NCBI GenBank assembly: GCA_000166095.1
Contig: CP002278.1
Coordinates: 180,001 to 212,000 of the forward strand
Reading direction: 5' to 3'
Source: Methanothermus fervidus DSM 2088
GTDB taxonomy: Archaea; Methanobacteriota; Methanobacteria; DSM-2088; Methanothermaceae
DNA: 32,000 nt
Position 1 is the stretch's first letter. Every line of letters starts with the position of its first letter. Shown piece by piece: positions 29,232-32,000 of this stretch. Under the pieces are notes generated by a model. It had not been told where the DNA came from. It worked only from the letters and a program-made list of their open reading frames with translations, and made no database searches. The position numbers were made by a program, and so were the translations under genes.

Positions 29232-30536
29232 TTAAATTGATGTTATTAAAACGTGTTTGTTTTTAAGATTTAAATTAGGATATGGAAATTTTGGTTTTCC
29301 ATTTTCATATACTACCTGCACATTGACGTCATAGGTTTCTTCAAATTCTACTACAGTCATGTTTTCCTTGACATATTTAAGAGTTCTTTTTGGAATTTTC
29401 ATGAATTTTTCACTAGGAGATATTTTTAATTTTCCATCTTTAGATGCATTAATTATACTCTCAATAATTCTTTCGGATGCCTTACCATCACCATATGGGT
29501 TGGTAGCATTTTTCATTTTTTCTCTAAATTTTTTATTATTAGCAATTAGTCTAACATATTTAATTATTTTGTCTTTTCTGGTTCCTACCAATATATTGCC
29601 ACCAGCATCTACAGTCTCTATACGTTCTGTATTGTATCTTAATGTAAGACATGGAACATTTAAAGTTATAGCTTCTTCTTGAACACCTCCAGAATCAGTG
29701 AGAACGATAAAAGACTCAGATAAAAGTAATAAAAAATCAAGATATCCTAGTGGTTTCAAAATATGCACATGTTCACATTTTTTAAGTTCAGAATACAAGC
29801 CAAATTTTTTTAAATTTTTTCTTGTTCGTGGATGAATAGGAAACACAATGTTAAATTCATCTAATTCTTTTAAGGCTTTAACAATATCATAAAGCCTATT
29901 TTTATTATCAACATTTTCTGCCCTATGCAAAGTTATTGTTATTATTTTTCCTGAATTTAATTTTTTAGCAATATTCTTTTTTTTCTTTTTTGCAATTTTT
30001 AAATTTCTTATACATGCATCTACAACAGTGTTTCCAGTTATGTATATATTTTTTGGATTTAAACCTTCAAATATTAAATTTAACGCTGCTTCTTCTGTTG
30101 GTGCGTAGTGTATAGTAGAACACATGTCAGTTATAACCCTGTTTATTTCTTCTGGCATTGATTTGTCAAAAGATCTTAAACCAGCTTCTACATGCCCAAC
30201 AGCTATATGCATCTTCGAAGCTGCTAAAGCACCTGCAAGTGTTGCATTTGTATCACCTTGAACTAAAACTAAGTTTGGATCTTCTTTTTTTAAAGTTTTT
30301 TCGATCCCAGTAATCATTTTTCCTGTCATTTTTCCATGAGAACATGACCCAACACCTATATTATAATCAGGAGATGGTAATTCCAACTCGAAAAAAAACT
30401 GGTCTGACATCTCATAATCGTAATGTTGTCCCGTATGTATTAAGGTGAAAGAAATACTTTCATTTTGTAATTTATCGATTATTGGTGCCATCTTTATTAT
30501 TTCAGGTCTAGTTCCTAAGACAATAGCTATCTTCAT
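29232..30536 (-). CDS. wecB: UDP-N-acetylglucosamine 2-epimerase (non-hydrolysing) with a ~69-aa C-terminal extension
   Basis: MKIAIVLGTRPEIIKMAP, HTGQHYD, GDTNATLAG, HVEAGLRS and DSGGVQEEA motifs. The canonical domain ends near PYGDGKASERII, and 69 extra residues follow. Confidence 0.88.
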   Translation of the reverse strand: MKIAIVLGTRPEIIKMAPIIDKLQNESISFTLIHTGQHYDYEMSDQFFFELELPSPDYNIGVGSCSHGKMTGKMITGIEKTLKKEDPNLVLVQGDTNATLAGALAASKMHIAVGHVEAGLRSFDKSMPEEINRVITDMCSTIHYAPTEEAALNLIFEGLNPKNIYITGNTVVDACIRNLKIAKKKKKNIAKKLNSGKIITITLHRAENVDNKNRLYDIVKALKELDEFNIVFPIHPRTRKNLKKFGLYSELKKCEHVHILKPLGYLDFLLLLSESFIVLTDSGGVQEEAITLNVPCLTLRYNTERIETVDAGGNILVGTRKDKIIKYVRLIANNKKFREKMKNATNPYGDGKASERIIESIINASKDGKLKISPSEKFMKIPKRTLKYVKENMTVVEFEETYDVNVQVVYENGKPKFPYPNLNLKNKHVLITSI

Positions 30537-30541
30537 TTATA

Positions 30542-31750
30542 TCACTCAAGTTTTCTTTTCCTTTTATTCCTGTATTCCTTAATAATTTTTATTAGCTTTT
30601 CTCTCATTTTTTCCCCATGTCTTTTTTTCCATCTTTTGATACTCTTATTCAATTCTTCTAAATTAACTATTGCAAATCCATTTGAAAACTTTAAATTTAA
30701 TTCTGAAATAGATATTACAGGAATATTTCTTTCATCAAAAACTTCTTTAGCACTAGGAGAAATTTTACCATCAAATATAATACACTTTGGTTTTATATTT
30801 GATAAAAGTAAAGCAGTTGATCTTCCTCCAAGTTCTGGTTTAAGAATTAGTAATACATCGTCCTCAGTGACATGCCAATTTTCACATGCCTTTTTTATTC
30901 CTTCTTTAGTAAATGATTCTATAATTTTCACAGGAACTTTATTTTTGGAGTAAATTATATCGATTAACTTGTGCAATGACTTTAAGTTTTCTTCTAATTT
31001 TTTTCTTAATTCTAGCTCTCTTCTGTATTTTTCTTGTAAAGACTTTATAATTTTTATTTTTGCAGAAAGTTCCTTGTTTAGAAGTAAACCTTTTGAATAT
31101 TCATAATGAAGTTTATTGATTTTTTCCTTTAATTTTTTATTTTCTTTTGACTTTTCACTTAATATCCTTTTTAACTTCTTATTTTCTTTTTTTAATTTTT
31201 TAATTAAATTGTTTTGATGTCTTATTTTCCTTTTATAAATGTTTAACAATCTTCTTAATTTGTAAAATCTCTTGGATTTTATTTTTGGTTTTGGTTTCTT
31301 TTTTTGCTTCTTTTCTTTCTTTTCGGATTTTTCCTTTGAAACAAGTTTTATGGCATCGCTAATAGGTTTATCATCCCTAATAACTATGCTTTTAACATAA
31401 TTTTTCATAGATTCTTTAATTTTCGAACTTTCTAATTTTTTATCAATTTGTCTTAGTTTACCTTCATAATGTTTGTAAGTTTTAATAGCAGAAGCAAGAG
31501 CATCTCTTTCATGTGAATTTTCAGGTTCTAATTCATATTCCTTTTCAGAAAGAAAATTCTGAACAATTTCATTTTTTAATTCTTTTGACAATGATTTATG
31601 AGGAACATATATTTTTGAATTAAGAATTGTAGCTAATTTTTTGACCATTTTAGGAGGAGGACAAACATCTGTTCCAACTATAATTGTTTTACCATGCTTG
31701 ATAATCTCATTTACTATATCGCTCAAAGAAGGGTTTTTCATGCTTTTCAA
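30542..31750 (-). CDS. DUF460/COG2433 protein (predicted RNase H-fold RuvC/YqgF-like nuclease with Lys-rich coiled coil); annotated start is probably not the true N-terminus
   Basis: 402 aa from TTG 31750. It has a central KKEKKQKKKPKPKIKSK tract plus heptad-like region, and a C-terminal globular domain. The frame stays open for 37 more codons upstream and encodes AIIVGLDPGHTVGLAIIDL, with no in-frame ATG/GTG/TTG (see findings). Confidence 0.7.
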   Translation of the reverse strand: MKSMKNPSLSDIVNEIIKHGKTIIVGTDVCPPPKMVKKLATILNSKIYVPHKSLSKELKNEIVQNFLSEKEYELEPENSHERDALASAIKTYKHYEGKLRQIDKKLESSKIKESMKNYVKSIVIRDDKPISDAIKLVSKEKSEKKEKKQKKKPKPKIKSKRFYKLRRLLNIYKRKIRHQNNLIKKLKKENKKLKRILSEKSKENKKLKEKINKLHYEYSKGLLLNKELSAKIKIIKSLQEKYRRELELRKKLEENLKSLHKLIDIIYSKNKVPVKIIESFTKEGIKKACENWHVTEDDVLLILKPELGGRSTALLLSNIKPKCIIFDGKISPSAKEVFDERNIPVISISELNLKFSNGFAIVNLEELNKSIKRWKKRHGEKMREKLIKIIKEYRNKRKRKLE

Positions 31751-31892
31751 TGTTAATAACTCATAATTTAGATCAATGATTGCTAATCCTACAGTGTGGC
31801 CAGGATCAAGGCCAACTATTATTGCTTTTTCATTTTCATTACCTACTAAATTTATAACCCCCTAATTCAATTAATACTTCATAAAAGACACC

Positions 31893-32000
31893 TTATGAAT
31901 TTTCTTTTCTTTTATCTATTTCTTCTTTAACAAATTCTGACATTGTTTCCCTTACAAAATAAGCAGATCTATATTTAGTTAATTCTTCTTCAAGTTTTGA
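31893..32000 (-). CDS. 3' end of an unidentified CDS entering from the right window edge
   Basis: Open frame from base 32000 down to TAA at 31893-31895 (...ELTKYRSAYFVRETMSEFVKEEIDKRKENS*). Only 35 codons are visible and there is no recognisable domain. Confidence 0.3.
   Translation of the reverse strand, partial: SKLEEELTKYRSAYFVRETMSEFVKEEIDKRKENS

Overview
AT-rich, very gene-dense archaeal chromosome segment. It is almost certainly from a pseudomurein-type methanogen (Methanobacteriales). K/E/I-rich proteins and GC-rich tRNA stems in an AT-rich background suggest a (hyper)thermophile such as Methanothermus; this is inference only. From memory, the order rpa-radA-transporter-hdrA matches the MTH1385/1383/1381 neighbourhood of Methanothermobacter. 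I support about 37 protein genes and a tRNA-Val/tRNA-Phe tandem.

Gene content by region:
- Plus-strand block, 1-6380: RPA (5'-truncated by the window edge), RadA, an AEC-family transporter, HdrA and DUF169.
- Minus-strand unit, 12239-6364: DtxR-like and ModE-HTH regulators, a PfkB kinase, ThiC, class I LysRS and a CGSC-motif protein.
- 12551-15360: MobA, GuaB and MfnB.
- 15434-19537: an ECF/CbiO ATPase, archaeal riboflavin synthase, an Isf-like flavoprotein, and GT2-DUF2304-GT4.
- 19731-21014: a MiaB-like methylthiotransferase.
- 21101-25336: a Tes/MJ0619-like radical SAM enzyme, MptG, a HacB-type small subunit, a Zn-ribbon protein and Pcm.
- 25405-25908: divergent CarS.
- 25889-31750: DUF460, WecB, WecC, an ATP-grasp enzyme and an ASKHA/hydantoinase-like protein.

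Genes are packed with 4-nt TTGA/ATGA overlaps or gaps under 15 nt, and TTG/GTG starts are frequent. Several ORF-track N-termini are over-extended and were corrected using GGTGA/GGAGG ribosome-binding sites. I see no CRISPR array, transposase, integrase, rRNA or obvious defence island, so this looks like core genome enriched in methanogenic cofactor, lipid and envelope biosynthesis.

The most second-look-worthy items are:
- the DUF460 RNase-H-fold gene, whose conserved N-terminus has no in-frame start and is restored by a -1 shift in an A5 run;
- the uncharacterised ATP-grasp/ASKHA pair, translationally coupled to wecB-wecC;
- the Tes/MJ0619-like radical SAM gene, sitting between carS and mptG;
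- the DUF169 and CGSC (UGSC-like) pair beside hdrA.

None of these is proven novel from sequence alone.
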